Positions 37,040 to 48,641 of a DNA stretch of 64,000 nt are shown here, piece by piece. This DNA is from Podarcis filfolensis. Lineage: Eukaryota. A program made the translations under genes and the position numbers. The DNA lies in NCBI GenBank assembly GCA_964270895.1, contig OZ185436.1, one strand, 5' to 3'. How positions within the stretch are numbered: position 1 is the stretch's first letter; each line of letters begins with the position of its first letter. The notes under the pieces were generated by a model, which did not search any database, was not told where the DNA came from, and saw nothing but the letters and a program-made list of their open reading frames with translations.

Positions 37040-37920
37040 ACACGCAGGCGCGTGCGGAGGCGAGCTAGGTAGGGATGGGGGGCCAGGATCACAGAGGTTG
37101 CCTCGTCGTCTCCCCAAAGGGAGATCCTATACACCTAGTGGCTTCTAGGCCCACGAGGGTCCCCTTGCAGGGCTTTGGGACCAACGGGGCTGCAGGCGGG
37201 AGCGGGGTGCGTCCGCCTGTCACCAGGGAAATGGAACAAAGGTAGGAAGCAGACGCAGCGGCGCCCGCCTCTCCTTCCCCTTCCGTTGGGTGGGGGAGGG
37301 GGCTCTCGGGAGTTTAACGGGCCACAGGGAGGAGGGAGGGAGCCCGGCCGCCTCTCGACCCCTCCCCGGCGAGGGGCGGGGCGTGCCCGCGCGCCGTAGG
37401 GCGATGGGTGGGGGAGGGGAGAGGTCGCAGTGCTCGGTGGCTCTGACCTGCAGGTCACGTCCTTAGTGCTGCTCATGTCTCCTCCGGCTCCGCTCCCGCT
37501 TCGGCGTCCCCTCCCGGCGCAGCTCTTCGCATTTTGGTTCCGCTGAGCCCTGAAGAGCTTAAGGCGGCGGGCGAAGGGAGGAGGAGGAGGAGCTGTTTGG
37601 GAGCCCTGCCAAAGCTACCCGGCCTCTTCTTGCAGGAACTGGTTTCCGGTCGGAAGGCATTAGGAGAGCACGCACGGCCGTAATTAGAAGCCGGATGCTT
37701 TTGGCTGTGGCGGAAATGGAGGCCGGCGGCGGCCATGGAGACTTGCCGAAGCGCCTTGCCAGCCTGTGGGGCTAGAGCGGCCGCGCGCCTGAAGCGAGAG
37801 CGAGGCGGCGCGCCCTCTAGCGGCGCCTCTGAACAAGACAGTCGTTCTCAATCTACGGTGATGCCGAATCGTTTGGGAGCTGCACATCGCCCTATCTAGC
37901 AAGGAGGGCGGGAGGCGTCA
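37040..37920. promoter_or_regulatory. CpG island, MKRN2/MKRN2OS divergent promoter
   Basis: High GC and CpG density around MKRN2 ATG; ETS-like ttccgg/cggaag, GC boxes, CTCF-like cgccctctagcggc at 37811-37824. Confidence 0.85.
37448..37476 (-). CDS. MKRN2: MKRN2 exon 1 coding part (start)
   Basis: gagacATG AGC AGC ACT AAG GAC GTG ACC TGC AG|gtcaga; MSSTKDVTCR; total CDS 1263 nt = 420 aa + stop. Confidence 0.95.
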
Positions 37921-37930
37921 CAAACACCAG

Positions 37931-38066
37931 GAATCCTAGAATCCTAGAGTTCGCAGGGGTCACGAGGGTCATCTAGTCCAACCCCCTGCAATGCAGAAAT
38001 CTTTTGCCAACGTAGGGCTCAAACCCATGACGCTTAGATTAAGAGTCTTATGCTCTGCCAACCGAG
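37931..38066 (-). mobile_element. SINE with tRNA-Lys(CTT)-derived head and CR1 3' tail
   Basis: Minus strand ctcggttggcagagcataagactcttaatc...gagccctacgttgg joined to tgcattgcagggggttggactagatgacc...ctaggattc. Confidence 0.8.
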
Positions 38067-38678
38067 AGACAATATATTTCCTTCTTTTGCTTTCTTGTCT
38101 CCCCAAATATAGATGCAATGTGCAAGGCTAAATAGATTAAATCAGAAGTAAGTCTATTCTCTACTTAGTGTGCTTAGGGTTGCAGTCCTTCTTGGAAGTA
38201 ATTTTCTAGAGGCAATATGCAGAAAGAATTTGAGCGCTCTTCAGCAGAACAGCCAACTTGCCACGACACACCACCTTTGCAGCATCTGCACTACAGACGT
38301 TCAAATGTTGCTGTTGAAATATATACAACAAAAAATTAATCAGTTTGAGTCGTGTGACTCAATTTGAGTCTACTAGACCCCCAAATTTTAAGCAACGTGG
38401 ACTGAAGTCACTTATGGTGCCTGTCTGGGATTAGGGCCCCTAAAATTTAAGCTTCATTAGTTTCATAGTAATCTGCTCCAGGGTTTCGTAGATCAGAGTC
38501 CAATTCCTCATAAGAACTTTACACAGCAGGCAGGCAGATCACATGGAGAGAGAAACCTTGCTTCCTGCAGCTAGGAAGATGGATTCCTGGGTGGTCCTTT
38601 AGCTCTGATTACTGCCTTGGCTTCTTGTTTGGAGCTGCTTTCAGTTATATTAGAATGTGGTCAGTAAGAACAGCTTTA

Positions 38679-38903
38679 CAGTGGTACCTCAGGTTAAGAA
38701 CTTAATTCATTCTGGAGGTCCGTTCTTAACCTGAAACTGTTCTTAACCTGAGACACCACTTTAGCTAATGGGGCTCCCGCTGCCACTGCGCGTCTGCTGC
38801 GCAATTTCTGTTCTCACCCTGAAGCAAAGTTCTTAACCCGAGGTACTATTTCAGGGTTAGCGGAGTCTGTAACCTGAAGCGTCTGTAACCCAAGGTACCA
38901 CTG
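38679..38903 (-). mobile_element. Tc1/mariner MITE, family B, copy 2 (inverted)
   Basis: TA|cagtggtacctc...ggtaccactg|TA; interior is reverse complement of 12626-12840. Confidence 0.85.
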
Positions 38904-39420
38904 TATTATGCTGCTAGGTTTGCCTGACTGCTATGCTAGCGGAGAAGCAGGTGCAAGCCCCAAACTTCCAAGTCACAGTTTTCTTTCTGTGCAAAAGAGA
39001 AAATACAGGGGCCTTTCTGTTCAACATCAGTTAACATAGCTTTGGGGTTTCGGTTTTATATGCAGAGAAACAAAAGGCTAGCCGCTAGCAGGAACTGAGC
39101 CAATATTGACCACGGGAGTGGGCAAATTACAGCTGCCATACTGTGTGAATCTACAGCAGAATAACCTCATCATGATGTGAAAAAACAAATACTGGCTCTT
39201 TAAGGAAATGTCCACCTGCAAACCCTCCCTCCCTGCCCCCTTCTCGGCTTCCTTCTCTTAGAGGAGTAATTGGCTCTCTGATCTGTCATTCTCACCTGCA
39301 CAGCTAACAAATCCCACCCACTTTCCCATGCCCATTTCAGTGATTAAGCTCTGCCTTTCACCCATAAGGCTGTGCCAGGTAGAAGACCAGCTGCACTTGC
39401 ACAAGGAGGAGGCAGAAATC

Positions 39421-39638
39421 ATGCAGCCTTTGGACTCGGAGAGAGGCTTAATCAAAATCAGCCACTGTAAGAGAGACATCTTTGGTTCCTTTGTGCCCAA
39501 GCACTGTCCCCTGTGTGGGCAGAGCCTGTTCTACAGGAAACTGGAAGAAGCGCCTGTCACTATCCCCAGCCCATTTGTTAATGGGCACAGAGAAAGATGT
39601 TCTTTTTTACTTAAACCTACTACAGGAACCTTTCTGAG
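39421..39638 (+). CDS. MKRN2OS: MKRN2OS coding exon 1 (start)
   Basis: aatcATG...AG|gtagga; MQPLDSERGLIKISHCKRDIFGSFVPKHCPLCGQ...NGHRERCSFLLKPTTGTFL; 218 nt. Confidence 0.92.
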
Positions 39639-40629
39639 GTAGGATTTTCTGCTCAACAATGCTGTTTAGTATTTATGTTCATTTTGCTTGATTGTGTGCT
39701 CAGAAAGAAGAAATATGAAAGCTACCTTACAATGGATTAATCAGTCCATCTGCCGCAGTCCACTGATGGGTAGCAATGTTTTCCCAAGATCGGGGGCTAA
39801 ATTCTCTCTTATCCTTGCAATGTGGCAGCAGGATTACAGGTGCCAAGGAATGAGCAGTGTGCAGTGCAGAATGATAACTGATAGGAGTGAGATTTTGCCA
39901 GCATGATGGTACCATTGCTCAAAGATCTATACTGTATTGGTTGTCAGTTTGTCACTGGACCACATTCAAGGTTCTGCCATTCAAGGCCTTAAGAGCTTGG
40001 GACCAGTTTAGTTAAGGGATTGTCTTGCCCTACATGTGCCAATTTGACTGCTTTGATCTGGGGAACTTGCACTTTTTCAAGTGCCATATAATGTCTGCTT
40101 TGCCTTTGTGAGGAGTTGATCATTTAGTTTGGCAGCACCCTCACTATATTTCAGACATGCACTGAAAAAGTTTTTATTTTAGCAAGCCTACCCGGACCTA
40201 TGATTTAGTTACAATATTTGTTTTAGAAGTTCTATGGTTTTCATCTGTGTCTTAATAATTATTATTTCATGTATGTTTCTTTTAATAGTGGATTTCGGTA
40301 CAATTTTATTATGTACACTGCTTAGAGAGTTCTTGGATTAAATGGTTTGTAAAACTTTAAAAATGAAATAAATATGGCACCTTCTGCAGACAAACCATGT
40401 GGTCTTATTCTAAGCGCTGGTGTAGAAATGAGTAAATTCTGCATAATTTACTAAAGTGAGTCAAAATTTGTTTTGAAACCAAATTGACAGGTCAGGAGGT
40501 CTAATTTAGTGATCAACTGTAAACCGCTTTGATATTTTTTCTTGTAAAGCGATATAGAAATGAAAACAAACAAACAAACAACAACAACAACACCTTTATA
40601 GAGTTACAAATCCCACGATCAGTTTAGAG

Positions 40630-40765
40630 CAGCATTTCTCAATCTTAGGTCTCCATCTGTTTTTGAACTACAACTCCCATCATCTCTAGCTAGCAGGACC
40701 AGTGGTCTGGGATGATGAGAACTGTAGTCCCAAAACAGCTAGAGACCAGAGTTTGGGAAACACTG
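40630..40765. mobile_element. hAT-like palindromic MITE
   Basis: TSD gtttagag/atttagag (7 of 8); cagcatttctcaa...ttgggaaacactg; a second hAT-like end (caagggtagggaacct) starts at 40774. Confidence 0.75.
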
Positions 40766-41386
40766 ATTTAGAGCAAGGGTAGGGAACCTCTTGTGCTTCA
40801 AGCCAGATTTGGGCCAACGGGAGTCCTGCTTCAATATATGAGGCCATTCCTTGCAAACCACACCCAACTATCCCACGTCTGTGGTCGTATTTGGTGCCAT
40901 GGAACAGGTACCCACATAGCTGCAAAGGAACAATAGGGAGCTTAAAGGTTCCCCATGCCTGGTTTAGCGGAGTTATAAAACCTACAGAACGTGGGGTGCA
41001 ACCTGATGAAAAGTATTGATCAATTACTTGCATGAGTTTTAGTTAAGTAATCTATCAATAACATTTGCATTAGGATGAAAATAATTTCCAAAATAAACTT
41101 GTTATTGTTGTCTTCTAATATGGTGCTAACCACCTGCAGTTTTTATAAGTGCTTTTTTGTATGTATATTATGTATAATTTGCTGCCAGATTGAGGCAGCC
41201 TTTTACTTATTTAGAAGTTTAATTAATTAAATGGAACAGTAATTACATTTGATAAGATTGTAGTCAGTCTTTTCAGGGCAGAGAGAGGGAACAGGACACT
41301 TCTCTATATTGCAAAAATATAGCATTTCCCTCCCCAATAACTGGATTGTTTTCTAACATGAAAAGATATTAAATGTCTTCTTTCAG

Positions 41387-41436
41387 AGGGTATGATGGAA
41401 GTTCTGATCTCCATGTTGGAATAACCAATACTAATG
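41387..41436 (+). CDS. MKRN2OS: MKRN2OS coding exon 2
   Basis: tttcag|A...G|gtaaga; GYDGSSDLHVGITNTN; 50 nt. Confidence 0.93.
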
Positions 41437-42099
41437 GTAAGAGACACTTGTAATTCACTTTCTAAATTAAGATTCTCTATGTGAAACATAAATGTCTATT
41501 GGACTCTTTTCCTTCTCTCAGGTTGCTCATCCTTTGCCTATTGCCTACAATGTCTCCCCCTTCAACCTCCTGGCATTCTGGCCCTTGATTTCTCTTCCTT
41601 TTCCGAGATTTCAGGCTCCTTACAGTATGTGAACTGCAATCCTTCTACCACCAATCCCCTTTCTGCTAAGTCTACATAACCATTTTTGCTGGGGAAAGTT
41701 CGCATATGTGATTGCCTGTAGCTAGAGCTCTTTTCAGTTGTGCCTACGGATGCAAGAAGGCATAATTTTTTGTTCCACTTGTATTGGTTTTATGCAGCAC
41801 TGCTTCCATTACACCACCGTTTGTCTTCTGCCAAAAATGTTACTTGTCTTGCTTTCTGCTGTGGCAAAATTACACAATTTAGGTAATTAATTATACCATT
41901 ACATTGACATTCATAGGATTACATACTCAGGGTTCATATAAACAACATTTTTAGAACTACTGTTCAGATGAGCCTGTAAAAGAAATGGGAATGATGTTGC
42001 AAGTGACAGCAATTAACAGAATGGAATGAATTATACTATTGGTCCACATGTCATAACTAATCCTTGCATTTCTGATTTGTCCTGTTGCTGTGTATTTAG

Positions 42100-42262
42100 G
42101 TTTAGTGTATAATTACAACGAAACTGGAGTTAACATAGCTGAGCATGGATGGGAACAATGTGTAAGTGTTCATCTAGTCCAGCCTGACATGTATGGCCTG
42201 CTTAACCAATGGGATACATACCTAGAACAATTCTCTGCAGCAGAAATCTGGCTTCCACACAG
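42100..42262 (+). CDS. MKRN2OS: MKRN2OS coding exon 3
   Basis: atttag|GT...AG|gtaaga; GLVYNYNETGVNIAEHGWEQCVSVHLVQPDMYGLLNQWDTYLEQFSAAEIWLPHR; 163 nt. Confidence 0.93.
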
Positions 42263-44583
42263 GTAAGAAGCTCAATAGACAAATGTGACTATGGCAGCTA
42301 AACTACAAATCCTTTGTTTTGGAACTCTGCCTAGGTGGTAACTCAGAGAAGGATCTGATATAGTCATTTGGAGAAATGGTTTTAGACAAAATTACTCTGA
42401 GGCCTCTTTCTTCATTAACCTTCTTTAACCATTTCTGTATATTTTGGGTTTAATTGAGAGATTCTGATAGTATGTATTGTATGAACAATACTAGAAGGGA
42501 GAGGTGACTCGAGACATCGCAAGCAGTTCCATGTAACTTGGTTTTGTTATGGTTTTGCAGAATAAATTATCACTGGACTCCATCCTATTCTCAGTTAACG
42601 CTCATCTGTGCAATCAAATATATTGTTGCTGGCTTTAACTTCTGTTCAAAGTTGTCAGATGTGTTTCATAAGGAACAGGAATTGATTGGTATGTACATGA
42701 CCGTTTGATACACTGATCAAGAGGGAACGGGATGTAAGCATGTACAGAATTGTACTTCTGTTGGAAGATGAACAAACAAAACCAAAATTGAATACAGGCA
42801 GGTTTTGCTTTCATTATTTATGTCAGCCTCTCTCAATCAGGTGCTCTCCAGCTGCATTAAACCACCACTCCCATCAGCATAAGCAATTGTCAGAAATGAT
42901 AGGAGTTGTAGTCCAAAATTTCCAGAGAGTACCAGAAGGCTAATCTAGGCCTTAGCAACATTTCAGTGTCCATATTCACTGATCCAATGATTATTAGGAC
43001 TGATTTCTCTTGAAGTACATTCCAAATAGTCCCTTGAGTACAGCCAATGGTTTCAGTGTGGAAAACAAAACATATTATGTTTGCTTTTCAAGTACTTCTA
43101 GCAACAGGAACATCATTCCTATAAAGGCTTTAGTCAAGCTATTTTTCTGCGACCCAGCATAATATATACAGTGATGATTACAAGTACCAAAAAGGACCAA
43201 CAGATGTTAAAGACCTGATGATTACTTAAAAGTTCTGGAATTTTGAAAAAAATTAATATAAACGTAGAATATATTCTCTCATACTTTAATTGAACAAGAG
43301 CTTTGTGCAGGTTTCAAGTAATCCAAGAAGGGACTCATTGGCATCCCCAAGCTATGGAAAAGTCACAGGCAAAGACACTACTCTGAAAATTACAGCACTC
43401 TTTTTGCTAAGAGTGTGTGACATAAGAAATGCTGGTGGTGAGAGCATGTGTCTACCATGAGATTTGTAATTTTACTGCAGTTCAGTAAGGAAAGTAAGAC
43501 ATAAATCTTATTTTTTTATTTTTTAAAAAACCATTTTGTTCTGGATCCTAAACAGGCAGTCATAAAATTTGTGGTTGAGCCCATCATCTGTTTTTGTTTT
43601 AAGCAAAGCCCACCCAGTAGTGTGTCGCCCAAGAATAGGCTGCAAAAGCACTCAAAGCCACTCTGTCCTTTTAAGAAACCTACACTTGTATCTCATAAAA
43701 ATGAACCCAATACATACTTTGAATTTTAGAGAAATGGGTTTTCAAAGTGAGAAACTTACCCCCCCCAAAAAAAAATCATACAAGGATGACATTCCCTGGC
43801 TTTTTTTTATTTATTTTGACCAATTTTAATGAATCAGCACTGTTCTAATAATAATGAGGAACACATTGCAAAGTTAGCTTGACTACAGAGTTCCTCGGTT
43901 ACACTTCAGTTAGCATATGCAAACCACATCCTTACAGCTCCATATGCCATATATGCTTGTTTTGTTACCCACTGGAGAATCACAGGACAAGTAGAATCTC
44001 GGGCACATGGCAATATGCAAAAAGAGATTAAATGCTATTGCTAAATTCAGCTTTCCAAGAAGAGAAAAATGTAAAGGTGGTAAGAACTGCATCCAAGATA
44101 AATTTATGGGCGAACCAAATATAACTGAAGGAAAATTAAGCCTCATACTGAAAGTTAGAACTTTAAATAGAAGGCAGAAGTTTCCACTTGTGTAGTTGTT
44201 GTTTTTTTAAAAAAATATGAGGGCAATGTGATGTAACTCACATGGCACATATGACATGAAAGTTTTGTCTGGGGGGGGAGGTGATATAAGCATCTGCATC
44301 TTTCCATCATTTCCATGTGTAACTTTGTATAGACAGAATGAATGTGACTAACCTCAGCAAACATAAGACACTAACCAATGGTGGCTTTGCTCCACCACAT
44401 CCCCAAGTTCCACCATTTAAAAAATCCTTCCATAAATGATGTTCTGCTGGTGCATGTTTCCATTGGTCAAGGATTGCTCTGGCATAATGGCCTGCCTGAA
44501 CCATCATCATAAGCTAATAAAATGTTTAATAGTCATGTATCACATTGGTTTCTTATGCTGCTTTCTGGTTCTCTCTTTAATAG

Positions 44584-44806
44584 GTATGAAGAACATCTCC
44601 ATAACTGTTACACCTATGCACTAACATTTATTAACTGTGTGCTTAGCGCCCAAAAGAAGCAGCAAATGAATAAAAGTGAATTTACAGAGAGATTTGTGAT
44701 TCCACGAACAAGGAAAGCTTCCAAGTATATCACCATCTACAAGGAAATATGCAAAAATGGCTTCTATGCAGTTGACCTTCCTGCTCAGGAGGGCACTGCC
44801 ATTTGA
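44584..44806 (+). CDS. MKRN2OS: MKRN2OS coding exon 4 (last), stop TGA
   Basis: taatag|G...; YEEHLHNCYTYALTFINCVL...FVIPRTRKASKYITIYKEICKNGFYAVDLPAQEGTAI*; total 654 nt = 217 aa + stop. Confidence 0.93.
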
Positions 44807-45061
44807 ATTTATAATGAGGGAACTGTATAGCAATGGAAGTAAAATCCTTATGTTAAGGCACTTATATTTCTTGTTCCTTTCATCTCACAAGAAAACATGA
44901 AGCTGGGACTGCAACACATGTATTAAATCATGCTGCACGTTTACTCAGAAGGCGGTCCCACAGAGACTGAGGATTAATCTCAAGTATCCATAAGACTATG
45001 GAACCTTGAGGCTGTTCCAATAAACTTCTGCTTTTCTAAACAATGACATTTGGAAGAATGA

Positions 45062-45115
45062 AATAAAATAAAGACATTATCTGTATTCTTGCATGTTCTG
45101 ATTTTTATTTTTATT
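45062..45115. terminator. Opposed polyadenylation signals between MKRN2OS and TSEN2
   Basis: Plus AATAAA at 45062-67 and 45067-72; minus AATAAA (tttatt) at 45104-09 and 45110-15. Confidence 0.5.
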
Positions 45116-45422
45116 TTGCATATTGCAAGTAACCTTCAAAATCATTAACTTGACAGAAAAAGCTTCTTTTCATTTGCACGTTTACTCTATAGCAATGTTA
45201 GTTTACAAAGGATGGTAGGTAGAAAACTGAAAACATTCCATCCTAGGTGTGTTTCTGATTCAAAACAAACTCACTGGGATTTACCTCTGAGTAAACAGGC
45301 ATTCCTCTAAGCCATTCTGAACATTATTGATCTGCATTCTCCAAACACCTCTTGCTTCCAAAGTAGGAAGAAGCAATTTGATGTTCTGTAGTTTGTGAAA
45401 CTTGATGTACCAGGAGTTAAGG

Positions 45423-45531
45423 CAGGGGTGGAGCAGCTGTAGCTCTACAGATATTGCTGGTCCCCAACACCATGGCCAATAGGCAGCTGTAGTCCAGCAA
45501 CCTCTGGAGAGCTATAACTTGACCATCCCTG
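45423..45531. mobile_element. hAT-like MITE (degenerate)
   Basis: caggggtggagcagct...ttgaccatccctg termini. Confidence 0.5.
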
Positions 45532-45801
45532 AGCTAAAGTTTGGTTAATTACCTGTAGCAGAATGGCTAAAGTTCACAGAAATATCAAGACAAGGTGGAC
45601 CAAGAACACAAATTTAATGTTCTCCATGGACAAAATAGATTCAGAAGAAGAATAATCTTATTTGCACCAGCCACTAGCCATAGCAATAAAATAAAATGTA
45701 CTGAAGATAGAGGTTAAAAACTTAACTACAGAAAATACATTTGGAGGTTCAGAGAATATCTGTCAGTATCCATCTAGGTTTTAAATTAAAAACAAAAACT
45801 G

Positions 45802-45824
45802 TGTGTGTGTGTGTGTGTGTGTGT
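45802..45824. repeat. (GT)n microsatellite
   Basis: About 11 GT units. Confidence 0.9.
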
Positions 45825-45908
45825 AATGCAACATGCACAGACAGCTCTACAAGAGTAAACATTTGATATTTTATTTAGTTAGTTGTCATGTTTCCGCAAT
45901 CCATTTTA

Positions 45909-45968
45909 TCACAGCTCTTCTTGTTCACTGCGCTCATGGGATGAGACCCAACGGTTTAGAATCAATTC
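45909..45968 (-). CDS. TSEN2: TSEN2 last coding exon, stop TGA
   Basis: tttttag|GAA...; ELILNRWVSSHERSEQEEL*. Confidence 0.95.
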   Translation of the reverse strand, partial: ELILNRWVSSHERSEQEEL

Positions 45969-46258
45969 CTAAAAAAAAGTCATTGATTATTGATGACTAA
46001 AAAGGTATAAATGGAAAAGAAGTATGTTCACTGATCTTGTCACTAGTTAAGCCAGTATGATTTAACTGTAGCAGAAGTGCCCTTTTGGCTTCCCACTGGG
46101 ATAAGGCAGCAGCTCATCAACGTACATGCATGTCCACCACAGTAGCACCCCCAGTCCCATTCACCTTGTTTGTCCTTATCCCTCAATCACTCACACACAA
46201 CCAATGGAAAAACAAATAACTTTGGTCTCTATTGTTCTGACACATTTCTAACCCTAAC

Positions 46259-46464
46259 TCAAGAAAGGAGATTCTGACTAAATTCCAGGAAGACCTTATG
46301 GTGGTAAGAGCTGTTCCATAGTGGAACTGACTCCCTCGGAAGGTGGTGGCCTCACGGGTGGTTGTTAAGCAGGGTGGCTATCCGTCATGGAGATTCCTGC
46401 ATTGCAGGTGTTTGGACTAGAGAACACTCGGGATCTCTCCTAACTCTGCAACTCTATGATTCTA
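46259..46464 (+). mobile_element. CR1 LINE 3' fragment
   Basis: aagaaaggagattctgacta...gattcctgcattgcagg...ggactag...ctctatgattcta. Confidence 0.75.
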
Positions 46465-47135
46465 CGTCAGCACACCTGTTTTCAGTATGCCAAGACCTGA
46501 GCCATGTACAATATGATTTTGGTGTTTCACCTGTCTTTCCCATATCAGTGAAAGAGGTGTATTATGTGGCATAGCGGGCTGATGTTCAAGATCCAGGAGC
46601 CCAAAGTTCCCTTGAGAGTGTCGGATTAGAAACTTCAAATCTTAGGCATTATGTTGTACTGTTTTCTAGGATTCTGACCACACTAGAGCATTACTTCTTA
46701 TTACTACTTTTTCAAGAGTGATTCGCCTGCTACTGAAATGGCATAGAAAGCATATCAATGTAACTAGATGCCTCATCGCTCCTGTAACATCTATAGGAAG
46801 GAGCCTCATAAGTTAGGCAAATGATGCATCTCATTCGGCTCTTTTGAAATATATAAATTAGCCTGAATAATCAATTGCTCAACAATTACTCTAACAATTC
46901 AGGCACAAGCAAAAATATTTTTACTGCATTCCCAGATATTAAGCTTAGGTTCTCAAATCAGATTGCCATGTGTGGTATACCCAGCTCAAGTTACTACATA
47001 TATATACTGAATTAGGAAAGGTTCAAATATTACAAAATAAATTATTAAAATATTGTCTACATTCTATCCAGAGAACTGGATACCTTAAGGCAGTCGGTGA
47101 CTTCAGAGAAAAAAATCAGAGCAGGACTTGCATAC

Positions 47136-47225
47136 CTGAACTTTAATTCTTTTGAGACATTCTGGTGACAACATTTCTTTTGCAGTCATATCAGGTGGCC
47201 GAATCAAATAGCAGAACATGAGTTC
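47136..47225 (-). CDS. TSEN2: TSEN2 coding exon 10
   Basis: caccag|GAA...CAG|gtatgc; [30 protein letters not shown]; 90 nt. Confidence 0.95.
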
Positions 47226-48186
47226 CTGGTGGTTTAAAAAAAATCCATTAAAATGTACGAAATTCATGTAGTGTAAGATTTGCTCTTTACATCTGTAGTG
47301 GTAGTAAGGCAAAATGTGCTTCAATGAATATAACGCTGAATGTGGATCAAGGAGATCTGGGTTCAAATTGTCATCCAACCACAATCACATTGGGTGTGGT
47401 CTGCAATTGGATGGCTATGTATAGGTCACTCGCTTGCTCCCCGATTCTAAGACCAGGGTTCATTTGTGGAAAGCTTCAGTGGACACAATTTGTATTCCTA
47501 CCTACGGCAATTCTTTTTGCTGTATTGGGGGAAGCTCCAAAGAGCCTCAAACTCGAGTTTGTGAAGTGAAATTTCACAAGAAATTGCAGCGATGAGAGAC
47601 CTGACTCTGTATATATGTGCAACTCTAATCAGAAGTACTAGGCATAAGTACTTTATCTCCAGTTCTTATTACTCTGTTGCATGTTTCCAGAGAAGTACCC
47701 TTCCCAGTGTGTATAATGGGGGTTATACCCATTTAAAGAATGCTGTGTAGGACAAAATAAAATAAGTGTGTTCTAGATAGGTTACTAAAATGTGTAAGGT
47801 TTCAGATAAAAAGTTGAGAACTGATAAGCAAGAATTCCAACACATCCCAGCTACTAGATTAGTGTTAAAATGGAAATTTGAATGTGCTTGACTTGAAGTA
47901 TTTAAAGTACTTCCCTGTAAGCTAGAAATTTGAAATTCAGTATGTATGTACACTAATCCTGCAATCTTACTTCCACTCTCTACTTGGAAATGTCCCATTA
48001 TGTTTTTTGGGCCTTACTTTGAGATAAGTGCACATAGGGCTTAAGACACCCTGATTACTGGAACTGGGCGTTTCTTCTCTCTTCCCTGAAACTTGGGAAG
48101 TTCCCTGAACTGTCTCTTATCAGTGGCTAGCACTGAATAAGAAAGGGTGCAGATGGCCCAGAATGTAAGAGTTCCCCATGCAAATA

Positions 48187-48414
48187 CGGTCGTACCCTGA
48201 TTTTCGAACAGCTTAGTTCTCGAACAGCTCCCAAGCGCTGCAAACCTGGAAGTGACTGTTCCGGTTTGTGAACTATTTTTGGAAACTGAACGTCTGACGG
48301 GGCTTCCGCGGCTTCTGATTGGCTGCAGGTGCTTCCAAACGTTTGGTTTCCAAACGTTTCGGTAGTTGAACAGACTTCCAGGACCAATTCTGTTCGACTT
48401 CCAAGGTACGACTA
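48187..48414. mobile_element. Tc1/mariner MITE, family A, copy 2
   Basis: TA|cggtcgtaccc...ccaaggtacgacta|TA; shares gacggggcttccgcggcttctgattggctgcagg with 706-949. Confidence 0.75.
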
Positions 48415-48641
48415 TACTTGAAGCGGCTTCAGTGACACTAAGAAACACAGCTGAACCCAGCATAGGTCACACACATGGAGGATCAATCAAATCAATTGAT
48501 CAGTATCTCATTTATCTTATTTATGGCTATAATTGACAACTTCACATTATCTCTTTTTGTGCCCCCACTGTAGCACCTTTCCTTTGCTCCACAATGCTTT
48601 TCCTTGTAGCTTTGAAATGCTTAGTTGAGTCTATGTGTTAC

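Noticed and set aside
38001-38066. tRNA-Lys gene
   Set aside because: Lacks the 5' acceptor strand, B-box is mutated (GTTTGA) and it is fused to a CR1 tail, so it is a SINE head.
39328-39420. Upstream in-frame ATG adding 31 aa to MKRN2OS
   Set aside because: Similarity to the recalled human protein begins near the 39421 ATG; the upstream segment has acceptor-like sequence and no support.
48041-48463. 140-aa minus-strand ORF as a TSEN2 exon (contains SYSV)
   Set aside because: Mostly MITE sequence; the real YSV exon is 48642-48753 and restores the frame.
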